Virus record (IMG/VR): IMGVR_UViG_3300037502_002993
Span: 156,599-220,598 of that record
Strand: one strand, 5' to 3'
Length of the DNA: 64,000 nt
The translations under genes and the position numbers were made by a program. How positions within the stretch are numbered: the first letter of the stretch is position 1; the number at the start of each line of letters is the position of its first letter. This document shows positions 1-12,300 of the stretch, piece after piece. Under the pieces are notes generated by a model. The model made no database searches and was not told the DNA's origin. It saw only the letters and a program-made list of their open reading frames with translations.

Positions 1-3000
1 CCCCAAACAGTGCCCCAAACTCTTCAAAGAAGTGGCGTGGGGAAACGCTGTAGGTCGCCTTTCCATCCTCCCAAGTAAAACGTGAGTAGAGTTCGTCTTC
101 GATGGTGAGGATCGCCCGGGTCAAACTACTTTCCAGGTTTTCCACCCCGTAGGTCCGAAGTCTCAACTGCTGTAGACGGGTATACCCCGTATCCCGCGTT
201 GGGAGCGCTACCCCACCACGTCCTTGGACGGTGAGAAGATCCCGTGGGTTAATCGCTCGTGATGCTTCAATGGTTGCAGTTGATACCGTGGGGGTATCGC
301 GTCTTGATGCAGCGCGCTGGCGCTGTTCCCGTTCACGTTCCTCCTGTGTCAGTCCAGCCTGTGCAGCCACCACGGGACTCATTGCCGCTGCCTGATGACG
401 ACGACGTTCCTCTCGCAGATTGCCCCGAATGCGCTCAAGGTAAGTCTGGACAAGATCCCTACCGGTAAGGTCATTTCCCCCTCCAAAGGGATCGACTGTG
501 AAGGTGTACGGCTCCTCCCCAACGGCTCTTACCATGTCGTCCAGATAGTCCCGCATGGTCTCATCGTCCAATTGGGTATCTAGCTCATGGAAATCACTAT
601 TGGGGGAGTGGGTCTTCCAGGCATTGAGGTGGGCAAGCAGTACGGGATTGAAGCGGTTAATGGCCCAGGTATTCCATTGCTCAAAGTGGGCCTCATCCTC
701 ACTATCCACTGAGAGACCAAATGGCTCCAGCAGGTGTTGGGGGTTAATCGCTCCCGTATTGATGGTAACCTCTCCATCAACTACCCGGACGTGCTCAAGT
801 AGGGCAGCCTCCATGCTCAGGGCAGCCTTGACTTGAGAGTGGCTGTCGGGATCAAAACCGTACTGCACCATTCTCAGCTGCTGCAGATCCCCTTTAGTGC
901 TTTGATAACGCCGCCAAAGATGACGCCCCAGAAAGAAGGCCCCAGTGGCAGCCGCTGCCCCCAATACCACAGGCCAGCCTAAGGTCGCCACTAATCCCTT
1001 ACCGGCGATCAATCCCCCCTTAAGAGCCCAGCCCGCAGGACGCATCAGTAGGTTCCTTGCCCCCCACTTAGCCCCTCGTCCTAGTGCTCTCGCCCCACGC
1101 CCCAGGAGTGACCCACCCGCGGCACCTGCCGCTGCACCCGCAGCCGCACCCCCAGGACCAGTGAAGAGCTCCTTGATCCGGTTCAGGATGCTCCCACCGG
1201 GGATCAGTCCCATTAAATCCTCAAGGAAACTGGTGGTTTTCTCCTTCTCTTGCGGGGCGCCCTCTTTATCGCCTTCCTCCTTATCTCCCTTCTCACGTGA
1301 GAACAGATCCTGCCAAGATCCCCTACGATGCGCCTCAGGTGGGAGTCGACGATCTAGCTTATCCAACATCCGTGACAACAGGCCTTCAGTTGGATTGGAA
1401 AAACTCTCCTCATCGATCTCCTTCTTCGGGTCTCTTAACCACCGCATCGTTCTTGGTAGTACGCCCTCTTTCTTTGGTTCCTTATCGCGGTCAATATTGA
1501 AGAAGGTCTTGGCCGCCCCCAATGCCTTACCGCCCAACCAACCATAGTAACGTTTCGTCAGGTTCCAATACCCACGCGCCGCGCGGCGACTCCACCGGGA
1601 GAGGAAACTGCGATTCTTACGGATGGGGTGTGGGGTACCTTCCGCGGTAATGGTTTTCTCAATCTCCTCAAAGGAGAGGACTTCATTGCCCTCTTCCGTG
1701 ACCAGAGACCCCTTAATGTCCTCGGGGTTGGTGACAGGCTCCCCCGACTCCCGATCAAAAAATCGTCCTTTAAGGAGATCTGCCATCCTGACACGCGGTC
1801 TTTCTTCCCCTTCAACAAAGATATCCTTTCTCAGGTTATTGAAGGTGTCAACGACCTTATTCTTCACCCGAGTGGCCAGCGGAGCAATGCGCGCTTTCAC
1901 AGCCGTAACTTGAGGCGTTTCAGCAAACTGCTCGATATGACGACGAAGTGAACTTACCGTACGGCCTTCATTATCGACCAATCCGTCCTTCCACTCTTGT
2001 GCGGTGATGACGGTATTACCAAACCGGTCTACCACCCGTCCTTTGATATCACCAAACGACTCAATGAGTTTTCCTGTCTCGGCATCAAAATAATGCCCTT
2101 CCTTGAGACGGTGATAGAGGAGTCGGGGATTGCGCAGGTTGTCCTTGGTGAAAAGGTCAGTCTTAAGACGCTCCCACTCCTCACGTCGCTTAGCCCGATC
2201 GGCCCGCCGTTGCATCTCCTGCATGATGCGCTCACGCGCATCATCACTACGGTCTCCCGCTAAATGACCCAAATGGTCAGAGGTACGGTCTGTCCATTTC
2301 TCTTTGAGTCGATCAATTTGAGATTCAGCCTGCTCACGCACTTCTGCCAGCTGCGACTTGACGCCGGATCTTTCCAGCTCGTCATTAATGCGTGCTTTGG
2401 TTTCGTTGACGCGTTGCTGGGCCTTCTCCTTAAACGCGTTGAACCGCTCGACATCCTGAGGACGGTTTTCTTTAAACCATGTCTTAAGGCGATCAGTTTC
2501 TTCCTTGATGTAGTCACTCGTGGTGGGACCCACCTCTTCCGCGTCCTGCTGTGGCGCCCGGTCACCTGCCCCACGGTACATTTCCCAGATGGAGGGGTGG
2601 TTAACAAAGTCCTGACCAATTTCATCACGCACCAAGCCGAGCCCGCGCAGAAGCTCTTGACTGCCAGTTCCGTAGATGCGCTGAATGGCTGCCCTGGAAT
2701 CAGGCACCACATCACGCAAACGCAAGAACTCTGAGGAGCTCTCCTGAAGACGACGCATGTTGTCCACATTACGGACCAGCTTGTCCCCTTCATCGAACTC
2801 AAAGCGTTCACGGAAGAACTGCTCCAGTTCATTGAGCGTGTCATCGGGGGTGTCTTTATCGTAACCCCCCCACTGCAGGTACTGCTCAGGATCAAAGCGT
2901 CCACCCGTGGCACTGTCGCGCATCAAGCGCTCACGCAGGGCGGTACGGGCTTCATCGGAAAGGACGTTCTCAGGATCGTACTGCTGGACAACCCGATCCA

Positions 3001-4645
3001 GTTCCCGTCCTACGTTCTCACGCATAGCAGGAGAGAACAGGGTATCTCTCAAGGCATTGCGGGCAGCCCCCTCCCCGGTAAAGCGTCCTGAGGTGATGTC
3101 ATATACCTCACGCTCCACCGATACATCCCCAGTACGCAGGATGCGCATCTCATGAAGAATGCGTGAGAGGTACCCAGGGATGATCTCCACGATACTGCGT
3201 TGGGTCAGGTGATTAAAAGCACTCTCTTGATCAATCGTGTGGAAGCCCCCATCGGTCAGTTTGCCTTCCAGACCGAAGGTGGGGAATATGTTACGCGCGG
3301 CATTCTGCAGGATACCCCGCCAGCCATAGCTCTGTTCAGGATCATTGACGTAGTCCTGAATCAGTGAGGGGGCATTGGCAAGGCCGTACGCCAGGAGGTG
3401 GTTACGTCCCCCTAGGCGCTCATTGAGGCGATCAGTATGGGGACGTAGACGATCTCCAAGCTTAGGTGCCAGACGTGACATCGCCCAACTGCTGGCGCCG
3501 CTCCCAGCGAGCATCCCAGCGGTGTTGACCCTATCGCCCATTCCTGCCATGTCTGCCATCATTTCGGCAGAGCTGGCGGAGCTGTCCAGGCCCTGCAGGC
3601 CGCGGGTCATGGCATCGACTAGATTACGGCGTACCTGGGGCCCATAGGTCCTTAAATGGGAGTGCAGGCTCTCACTGGCCATCTGCGAGGCCTGGAGTGT
3701 TAAGGCATGCCCCAAGTGCTCTCTCTTAAAGATCGCATTGCGTCCCGCATTCGGGTCAAAACCACTGCTGCCGATCAGGTCATTAAACTGCTGGGAATCC
3801 AGCACGGTAACGGCATGCTTGCGCTTGGCATGTTCTGGCAGTGATGAGTTATGAATCAGTGATTCAAACGCATTGCGACTCAGTGCTAGTTGAGCGCCGG
3901 CTAGACGACGCATATCCCGCAACATAAACAGGGAGCGGAACTGAAGCTCCAACCCCTTCTTGCCGATCTGGTGACCTACGGTATCCTGATAGGCCACCTG
4001 ACGGTGTTGTGCATTGCGAATGTCGGTAAGGATCTCATGGGTCAGCTCAAAACGACCCGCCTCTACCCGGTCACGAATTCCCTCTTCGACCTTCTCCTGG
4101 CTATCGCGCTCTTCTTCACGTCTCTCCTGTTGCACTGACGAAGAGGCATGGAGACTCGCCATCATCTCCGCGAGTTCACTGTTCTCGCGATCTCGCTCTG
4201 ATCCGGTTTGACTGCGGTTGCGATCAATCTGGTACTGGAGGCTCTCCTTACGCCGAGCAATGGCCTGTTCCAACTGGTCATAACGCTTACTGGAGAGTCG
4301 ATCCTTTAGACGGGGAAGCTGGCGTTCAGCCTGCTCTGTGATATTGAGTAAGGATGATGCATTCTCCCGAACGACCTGATCACGAGCCTCTCGCGCAAAG
4401 CTAATGCCCCGACGCCCTTCATCGATTAGGGCATTATACCCATCGGGCAAGGCGCGATCCAGTACCAGGTTCAGAGAGGTCTGTGATTTCACCCCACCTA
4501 AGAATCCACGCTTGAACCCAGCAGTAAACCGCTTCAGTTTAGATTGTTGGGTTTCCCCTCCATCAATATCGAACAGGGCATCGAGATCATCCAGTTCAGG
4601 AAGATCCCAATCATCATTATCCAGCTTATGGTGTTTCTTTGCCAT
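1..4645 (-). CDS. Large tail tape-measure-like virion protein (phiKZ gp181-like), running off the left window edge
   Basis: ATG at 4645 with GAGGT SD; N-terminus MAKKHHKLDNDDWDLPELDD. Frame is open where spot-checked (1081-1140 reads GAAAGAAGGSLLGRGARAL; 1-60 open), not checked codon by codon. Divergent from the vRNAP beta' gene. Absent from the ORF track because it has no stop in the window. Confidence 0.75.
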   Translation of the reverse strand, partial: MAKKHHKLDNDDWDLPELDDLDALFDIDGGETQQSKLKRFTAGFKRGFLGGVKSQTSLNLVLDRALPDGYNALIDEGRRGISFAREARDQVVRENASSLLNITEQAERQLPRLKDRLSSKRYDQLEQAIARRKESLQYQIDRNRSQTGSERDRENSELAEMMASLHASSSVQQERREEERDSQEKVEEGIRDRVEAGRFELTHEILTDIRNAQHRQVAYQDTVGHQIGKKGLELQFRSLFMLRDMRRLAGAQLALSRNAFESLIHNSSLPEHAKRKHAVTVLDSQQFNDLIGSSGFDPNAGRNAIFKREHLGHALTLQASQMASESLHSHLRTYGPQVRRNLVDAMTRGLQGLDSSASSAEMMADMAGMGDRVNTAGMLAGSGASSWAMSRLAPKLGDRLRPHTDRLNERLGGRNHLLAYGLANAPSLIQDYVNDPEQSYGWRGILQNAARNIFPTFGLEGKLTDGGFHTIDQESAFNHLTQRSIVEIIPGYLSRILHEMRILRTGDVSVEREVYDITSGRFTGEGAARNALRDTLFSPAMRENVGRELDRVVQQYDPENVLSDEARTALRERLMRDSATGGRFDPEQYLQWGGYDKDTPDDTLNELEQFFRERFEFDEGDKLVRNVDNMRRLQESSSEFLRLRDVVPDSRAAIQRIYGTGSQELLRGLGLVRDEIGQDFVNHPSIWEMYRGAGDRAPQQDAEEVGPTTSDYIKEETDRLKTWFKENRPQDVERFNAFKEKAQQRVNETKARINDELERSGVKSQLAEVREQAESQIDRLKEKWTDRTSDHLGHLAGDRSDDARERIMQEMQRRADRAKRREEWERLKTDLFTKDNLRNPRLLYHRLKEGHYFDAETGKLIESFGDIKGRVVDRFGNTVITAQEWKDGLVDNEGRTVSSLRRHIEQFAETPQVTAVKARIAPLATRVKNKVVDTFNNLRKDIFVEGEERPRVRMADLLKGRFFDRESGEPVTNPEDIKGSLVTEEGNEVLSFEEIEKTITAEGTPHPIRKNRSFLSRWSRRAARGYWNLTKRYYGWLGGKALGAAKTFFNIDRDKEPKKEGVLPRTMRWLRDPKKEIDEESFSNPTEGLLSRMLDKLDRRLPPEAHRRGSWQDLFSREKGDKEEGDKEGAPQEKEKTTSFLEDLMGLIPGGSILNRIKELFTGPGGAAAGAAAGAAGGSLLGRGARALGRGAKWGARNLLMRPAGWALKGGLIAGKGLVATLGWPVVLGAAAATGAFFLGRHLWRRYQSTKGDLQQLRMVQYGFDPDSHSQVKAALSMEAALLEHVRVVDGEVTINTGAINPQHLLEPFGLSVDSEDEAHFEQWNTWAINRFNPVLLAHLNAWKTHSPNSDFHELDTQLDDETMRDYLDDMVRAVGEEPYTFTVDPFGGGNDLTGRDLVQTYLERIRGNLREERRRHQAAAMSPVVAAQAGLTQEEREREQRQRAASRRDTPTVSTATIEASRAINPRDLLTVQGRGGVALPTRDTGYTRLQQLRLRTYGVENLESSLTRAILTIEDELYSRFTWEDGKATYSVSPRHFFEEFGALFG

Positions 4646-4724
4646 CACACACCTCGTTATCTCACATCGGGGCTTGGTCGGAAACCCCTGAAATCATAGC
4701 ATCCAGCGAATCCGGAGTCACCTT

Positions 4725-6395
4725 ATGTCGTCGGTACTTCCTAAGCGAGCAGAAATCCCCTTAAACCTCTCTCTGTTGATCCCCACAAAGGAGCAGCTTC
4801 GAACCATTCGTGAAGTGAAAGTGACGGATGTCTTTGATGGCCCTGGAGGGAACTTTCACGACGAGGGTCTCTACTCTACCCTAATCTTCGGTAAGGTGGG
4901 GGATGACCTTCGTGATAAACGCTTTGGGTATATCCGCTTAAAGCTGCCCATTCTTCATCCGGTGATCTATTCTCAATTGATCAAGCTCAGGGGCTTCTAC
5001 AAGGAGATCCTCTCGGGAACCGGCTACGCCACCTGGGATGAAAAACAAAAGGACTTCGTCTTAAGTGATGCCCTCTCTGGCCAGACGGGCTATCACTTCT
5101 TTATGTCTCACTGGAAGGATCTGGTGTTTAAGCGTTCAGGCTCTGATATTCGGGATGTGCGTATTAAGTCCATTGAGACCTATCGGGATCGAGCTCAGTT
5201 GACGGAACTGCTGGTATTGCCAGCCGGACTTCGTGACATTGATCTTGAAGCGGATGGTCGGGCTAAAAGTGATGCGATTAATGAGCTCTACCATTCCGTA
5301 CTGTCCCTGGCACGAACCATTCCCGACCCCCCACCGAGAGGGAACGATGTTGAGATCTACGATCGGGTACGGTTTAACCTTACTCTGAAGGTGGGTGAGA
5401 TCTACACCTACATCGAGAATCTGGTCAGTGGTAAGCGGGGACTGATTCAGAACTACTGGGCCAGTCGGCGTGTGTTCAATGGCACCCGGAATGTCATCTC
5501 CTCACTCAACACCGCAGCCAACGACCTAGGGGCGCCCAATCGTCCTTCCTTTAAGGACGTGGTCATCGGGACCTATCAAGCCGCCAAGTGTGTGCTCCCC
5601 CATACCAAGTTCTTTATGACTCAGTGGTTACTTGGGGATGTCTTTGACACTACCTCCAATCGGGTTCAGTTGGTAGACCCCAAGACCAAGAAGTTGGTCT
5701 GGGTAGAGGTAGGTAATGAGGAGGTGGATCGTTTTACTACATCAGAAGGCCTTGAAGGTCTGATCAATGAACTCTCGGTAGTGGAGAAGCGCCATCGTCC
5801 GATCGTGGTTAAAGGTCACTATCTGGCTCTGATGTATCTGGATGAGGCTCAGGGATTTAAACTGATCCGTGATATTGACGAGCTCCCCGATGGGGCAGAC
5901 CCGGATAGAGCACAGCCGTTAACCTATATCGAGTTGGTTTACCTCTCAGGTATACATCGCTGGCGGGACTTCCCTTGTTTTGTAACGCGTTATCCCGTGG
6001 AGAATTTTAACTCCTCCATTCCGATGATGATGTACGTCAAAACCACCACTCGGGGAGAGTTACGTTATCCCATCAATGACGATTGGACAGGATACGACGA
6101 AGGACCCATTGCCTTGGAATACCCGAAGCTCCGTGACGGGAGAGTGCCAGACTACCATGACAGCACCAGCGTGAGTCCCTCTACCCTGGATGCCTTCGGA
6201 GGGGACTTTGATGGCGACATGGTAAGTGTTATTGCAGCTTATGCTGATAACAGTATCGAAGAGGCAAAGGCGTATTTCAAGCGACGTGAAGCGCACATTC
6301 AAGCAGGGGGTGGGTTGGCGTTCTCAACCAATATCCACACCTTGAAACTGACCATGGCTTTCTTAACAGGCGAGCCGGTGGACGAGGTCACTTAA
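4725..6395 (+). CDS. Virion RNA polymerase beta'-like catalytic subunit (phiKZ gp180-like)
   Basis: GLYSTLIFG...FGYIRL..PILHP, RRVFNGTRNVIS, and catalytic Mg-binding motif GGDFDGD. Confidence 0.93.
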   Translation: MSSVLPKRAEIPLNLSLLIPTKEQLRTIREVKVTDVFDGPGGNFHDEGLYSTLIFGKVGDDLRDKRFGYIRLKLPILHPVIYSQLIKLRGFYKEILSGTGYATWDEKQKDFVLSDALSGQTGYHFFMSHWKDLVFKRSGSDIRDVRIKSIETYRDRAQLTELLVLPAGLRDIDLEADGRAKSDAINELYHSVLSLARTIPDPPPRGNDVEIYDRVRFNLTLKVGEIYTYIENLVSGKRGLIQNYWASRRVFNGTRNVISSLNTAANDLGAPNRPSFKDVVIGTYQAAKCVLPHTKFFMTQWLLGDVFDTTSNRVQLVDPKTKKLVWVEVGNEEVDRFTTSEGLEGLINELSVVEKRHRPIVVKGHYLALMYLDEAQGFKLIRDIDELPDGADPDRAQPLTYIELVYLSGIHRWRDFPCFVTRYPVENFNSSIPMMMYVKTTTRGELRYPINDDWTGYDEGPIALEYPKLRDGRVPDYHDSTSVSPSTLDAFGGDFDGDMVSVIAAYADNSIEEAKAYFKRREAHIQAGGGLAFSTNIHTLKLTMAFLTGEPVDEVT

Positions 6396-6397
6396 TC

Positions 6398-9300
6398 ATG
6401 GCACAGCAGAAGTTTGATATCTTTTTTCGACGTGTGGGGATTCGTGATCGGGCCCACCTTGCCCGACCGCGTCTGTTCCCATTTGGGGAGTTCGCCTTCC
6501 CGTTTGAGAGTATCTATCACTTTAACCAGAGCAATGTGCACAATGGACCGACCCGAAACGACCCTGTACTGCAGAGCGTGGCCGGTCGTGTGTTCATTGA
6601 ACACGTCACTGAACTCTCCGCTACCGAGGGGAACCCCCGTAAGACTTCGATCAACGTTAGAATGTTGGAGAATGACTTCCGGCGCCGTAGTCGGGGCCTT
6701 CGCCCCTTGCGTCGTGATGAGGCACTGGCGATCAACCCCCGTAATCTGCTTGTTGTGAACTATGCCATGCTTTATCCGACCTACCGCTATACGGTGTCGT
6801 TTAAGGCGGAGTACTATCGCTGGGTTAACATCGCCAGTACCTTCTGGCAGCGGGTAGCGGATCTCCATCAGCGTTTCCGCTGGCATCAGTTCGTGGAGGT
6901 GGGTGTCCCTGAGCGGGTGCCTGGGTATGAGGATTTTCTTCGTATCAGTAATGGCATCACGGCAAAGTCGCTCGATGCCTTTGCCGAACCCGGTGCCTTA
7001 GACCTAGTGGATCTGTGGCAGTGGATGGGGGAGTCCCGTGAGGCGTCAAACCTCGCCAAGGTGAAAGACCCCAGTCTGGTGAACCTGATCTTCCGGGTAC
7101 GGGGTCATTTCTGTCTCATGAACCTGGGACTGATCGACCAGTGGCGCAAAGCCCCAGAGGGGGAGTTGGCCCTTGAAGGGTTTGGATTGGAAGAGTGGGA
7201 GGAGGTTGGTCAGGAGATCGCCTCACTGGAGAGTGTGCAAAGTGATATCTTAGCGCCCACTCAACTGCAACGGCTGTTTCTCGCCCTGCTAAGGCGTCTT
7301 GGGAAGGTACAGAGTGGAGAAGAGGGGGTAGCGGACCCTGAAGAGGAAGCGCCCGTAGAGCGCGCCCAGGAGGCACCTAAGCGCATTACCGTCGATCAGG
7401 GGGATGACGATCCTGAAGGTGCAACTTCATCAAGCGGTACTGTAGGGGAGGTCAGTTCGAAAAAAGAGGACGATGTTCTCTCACTGCCACCTTTAGACGA
7501 TGCGCTTAAGTTCCCTGATTTCGATCAGGAACCCGAACCCCCTGCTGAGCCTGACCCGAAAAGTGTGACCTACCGACCAGAGCGAGTCACACCCCCGCGA
7601 GAAGAGCGCCCGGTAGTGGAGAGTGATGACACTGAGGGCGATTACAGTACGGCACTTAAGGCGTATGCCGATCAGCAACTAGAAGCGGGACTGATCACGG
7701 CAGGTGCGCATAAACGGATACTGGCCGAGGCAGAACACTACAAGACGCTACCCAACCCATACGGGGATGAAGGGACCTTAGGGGAGAGTCTTGAGATCAC
7801 TCAAGAAGACCTCTCACTTGAGGATCGTGAGACCTTCCCTGACCGCGATACCATCATTGACAAATCCATGCTGAAGAGCTCTCCACGGGAAATGACCCGG
7901 AAGTACGTGGAAAAGACCCTTAAGAAAGACGTCATGAATGCCGTGTTGGCAGCGACTCAGCACCAACAGGTGGTGATCAAGCGGTATAACGTGGAAGTGG
8001 TTCATGACAACATGAATCACTTTGAGGTCCACACGCTAACCTTGAAGCCCATTCATGGTCGGCAGTCCACTGTGCGGTTTCGTCTCCCCGTGGTAGATAA
8101 AGACGGGCGTTTCATGGCAAATGGCCAGCGAAATCGGCTTCGTTTCCAGCGTGCGGATTAAAACTCTACCCTACTGTATAGTTTTTTCAGTAGAGGTAAG
8201 TGATAATGGGACAACCACTTAAGTATACAACTGAAGATTTTATTGACACAGCTACCATGATGTTCGGTGACCACCTTAGCTACGAGAAAGCCGTTTATAG
8301 GGGTAAACGTCAGCGCCTTATTGTAACATGTACGCACCACGGGGAGTTCGATGTAAACCCACTGGTGTTTCTGATGAGTACCCACGGCTGCGCCAATTGT
8401 GCTAGGGATGAAACAAAAGAACGCTTCATACGTCGTTCTTTGGAACTTCATGGTGATCGTTACGACTATAGTCTCGTTGAAGTGGACGGATATACAGACC
8501 CTGTTACGGTTGTCTGTAAAACCCACGGTGCATTCGAAACATCTATTTACGGACATTCTGTAAGGGGCAATCAGTGTCCTAAATGTTCACGAGAACGCGA
8601 CCGTACCTGCCCTAACGAGTGGATTAAAAAAGTTAAGAAGATCCACAAGGGTAAGTACGACTATAGTAAGGCAGTCTACATTCACGGTAAGTTGCCAGTT
8701 ACGATTATCTGTCCGCACCACGGGGAGTTCACCCAGCCAGCACGCTCCCACTACGCGGGACATGGATGTAAGCAGTGTCATATTCAGTTTGTTGCTAGGT
8801 CGAATAAAGAGAGATTTGTTAGGCAGGCCAAAGAAAAACATGGTGTTCAGTATGATTACAGCCGCGTAGTGTTTTTGACGACAAAGGAAAAGGTTGAGAT
8901 ACTCTGTCGTAAACACGGACCGTTCTGGGTAACCCCGAACGCGCACGCATCTAGTGGCGCGGGCTGTCCACGCTGCATTGAGTCAAAGGGTGAACGAAGA
9001 ATTAGATTATTCCTAGGGAACCATAAAGTTCGGTTTATTCAGGAATATCGGATCGAACCCTTCAGGTATAGATACGATTTCTTCTTACCTGATTACAACT
9101 GCGTAATAGAACACCATGGTGGTCAGCACTACATGCCTGTTAAACGTTTTGGAGGGGAAAAAGCCTTTAAGCAATGTGTGCAGCGAGATAAGAACAAAAA
9201 ACACATCGCAAAAAGGAAAGGGATTACTTATCGAGTCACTAACTACAAAATGATGAACAACAGCAAACTCGAAAAGAATTTAACCCGCATCCTTCTAGAA

Positions 9301-12300
9301 CTCGGTCACTCTCTCGACCACTAACCCATTATTACCTATGGTCCGCTTAAAACCCCCCTAACTGCGGGAACCTGCTAATGATGCTGTTACTACCACTTGT
9401 CGGGGGAAACCCACGGCAACACCCACTCCAGTAATGGAAGTAGTGGGCAGGGTAAAAACGTAACAGCTAGGCACAACCGACGCAACGAAGTCCCTACGTT
9501 GGTCAATCGACCAATATGGGATGTGTTCAGAGGCCATCGAAAACTACAGCTTGTTTAATGCAAGCCTAATGACACAGGTATAGAACCCTGTGGTCTCCAC
9601 GGAGATTAAAGTGAGTAGAGTAGCTGATTTCTATATCGGCGAAACGGGGGGCTTCTGTTTGCTATTCACGAACCAGAAGAAGATATGGTCCAATTTGAAT
9701 TGATTGCTTCCAATTCGTAAGATCTCTCCAAGCAGGGTTGCTCTCACCTCTTACTATAATAAAACGTTTGTCGACCGCTCTTCTCGCTCTACGAATAACT
9801 TTGCTCAATGGGTCACACGCCAAATGACCCAGATCGGACTTGATCCGGATAACGACCAGATCACTAACCTGAAGTTAGGTAATGCGTTTGATCAGTCCAT
9901 TGAAGTGCCAAGGGTTTACTCCTTGCTCTCAGCGCGCTTTACGCAATTTGCCGTAGGGCCACTACAGTTCTACTTGAGCTACCATAAACGAGCTGCTCAT
10001 TTTGAACAACATGGGATACGGGTAGAACAGGTAGAGAAAGAAGGGCGAACGGTAATCGGGATGGATCGTGAGTCATTAAGTCCCATCACGGTAGATGCCA
10101 GTGACACTTTCTATCTGGGCGATGAGCCCTTAGGTACTCTGTGTCAGGTAGTGGGACTTCCCGAAGCCAAAGCACCGCTGGATATCGCGGAGGTAGGGGT
10201 TTCCAATAAGGTCATCCCGGTGGGGTTGGTGCTGGCTTACCAGATGGGGCTGTCTAAACTCATCGAGAAACTTAATTGTGATGTGGCCAGACACCGACGG
10301 GGCAGTCGGTTTGAAATGGCCGATGATGAGTACAGTGTGGTCTTTCAGGATGAGGTGCTTGTCTTCTCGCGGTTGGATCGACGGGCCTCACTGGTGTTGG
10401 CGGGACTGAATCGCTATCACCGCGCCCTACGGCAATTCAGTGTCTGGGACTTTGATCGTAAAGACGTCTACCACAACGTCCTTCTGGATCAGGGCCTTGG
10501 GGTGCGCTACCTGCGGGAAATCGATACCCTCTTTAATGTCTGGGTTGATCCCATCACAAAAGGACTCCTGGAGGAGATGGGGGAACCCACTGACTTTGGA
10601 GGACTGCTCCTCAGAAGTGCTGACCTACTGCTACACGACCACGCTCCCAATGAGGTAGAAGGGGAGTACATGCGCTATCGGGGGTATGAGCGCATGGCAG
10701 GGATGGTCTATGGGGAGCTGGCGAGGGCCTGCAAAGCCTATCACGCGCGCAGTCACTACGGTGATGCTGCAGTGGATCTAAATCCCCACCAGGTGTGGCA
10801 GCGCATTGTGGGTGACCCCTCATCCATGATCGTGGAGGAAGCCAACCCCTTTACGGTGGTCAATGAACAGGAAATCATGACCTATCGTGGAGATGGCGGT
10901 CGTAGTGGTAAGTCCATGGTGAAGCGGACGCGTATCTACTCTGACACTGATGTCGGGGTAGTGAGTGAATCCACCCTAGATTCGGGAGATGTCGGGGTAG
11001 TGGCGTACCTGGCCCCTGATGCGAACTTCACCTCCACTCGGGGATTGACCCGACGTTACGATAAAAGTAAGGATGGCGCAGCAACCCTCCTATCCACTGC
11101 TGCACTCAATGCCCCTTGTGCGGACAGAGATGACGCCAAGAGAATCCGATAAGTTGGTTCCCCCAGCAGGTAACTGTTGGGTAAACACTCCTCTAATTGC
11201 TGGGACCTCTCGTAAGACCTTAGGTACGATCCCGTTCCGAAAGGAAGCCATGGATAGCCGGGCCTGTAAGAATCCTAAGGATAGAGACAACCATGCAGCG
11301 AAGTCCCTAAGCCTACTCAACGAGTAGGGATGGGATGTGTTCATCGACTATCGAAAGGCGCCCATTAGGGCGAACTGAGTAGAGTAGGGCCAAGCGGTAG
11401 GCCGCTAACGTGGAATGGCGTTAGTTATAAGTCCTTTAAACCGAAACGGGGAGCTTCCTACTTGTTAAGAGAGGAAGAAGATATAGTCAGTCCTTTAGCG
11501 AGAGTTAAAGGTAACCATGGAGTGGTTAGCTCGATCTAGCGAATCGGGTTTGGAAAGGGAAGGAGGATTTCACCCAATTAGGGTGATCTTCATCTGTGTA
11601 CAGCGCAACTTTATCTCAGTGCAAGCAAGACAGGGCATTTGGGCGGAAGGGTATACGGTCACGCCACTAAGGACGGGGTATGAACAGGTACTGGCCTCAC
11701 GGGTAACAGATCTGTTCGCGACCATGGCACAGCAAGATGGGAAGGTTACGTCAGTGGAAGAGAATTCCATTGTGGTGACCTATAAGGATGGGACGCAGGA
11801 GAAGGTCCTTCTTGGGAAGCGCTACGGTAAAGCCGCTGGGTATACCTACCCACAGACCTTGGTAACGGATCTAAAGGTAGGGGATAAGGTTAAGTCAGGT
11901 GGGGTGATTGCGTATAATCGTAACTATTTCATGCCTGATACCTTTAATCCCGGTCATGTGGTATTGAAAGCGGGGGTAATGTGTAAGGTGGCCCTGATGG
12001 ACCCCATCGATGCTTTGGAAGATGGGTCTGTTATCTCTGAGGAGATCGCCAAGCAGTTCACCACGCAAACCAGTGAGGTCAGGACCCTGCAAGCGCGTTT
12101 TGATCAGTCTGTCAGGGACCTAGTGAAAGTCGGCGATCATGTGGACTTGGATTCCATTCTATGCATTATTGAAGACCCGGAGATCCGCGATAATCCCCTG
12201 TTCAATGACATTGCCATGGATACCTTAAGAAAGCTCTCTTCCCACACCCCACGAGCAAAAGTGACAGGGGTGGTGAGCCGAGTTGAGGTGTTCTATCATG

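Noticed and set aside
259-4691. Many short ORFs in the track across the first 4.6 kb
   Set aside because: They are shadows of one long minus-strand gene starting at 4645.
11517-11605. N-terminal 30 residues of the 405-aa ORF, and the ORFs at 11073-11344 and 56317-56668
   Set aside because: They lie wholly or largely within intron ribozyme sequence.
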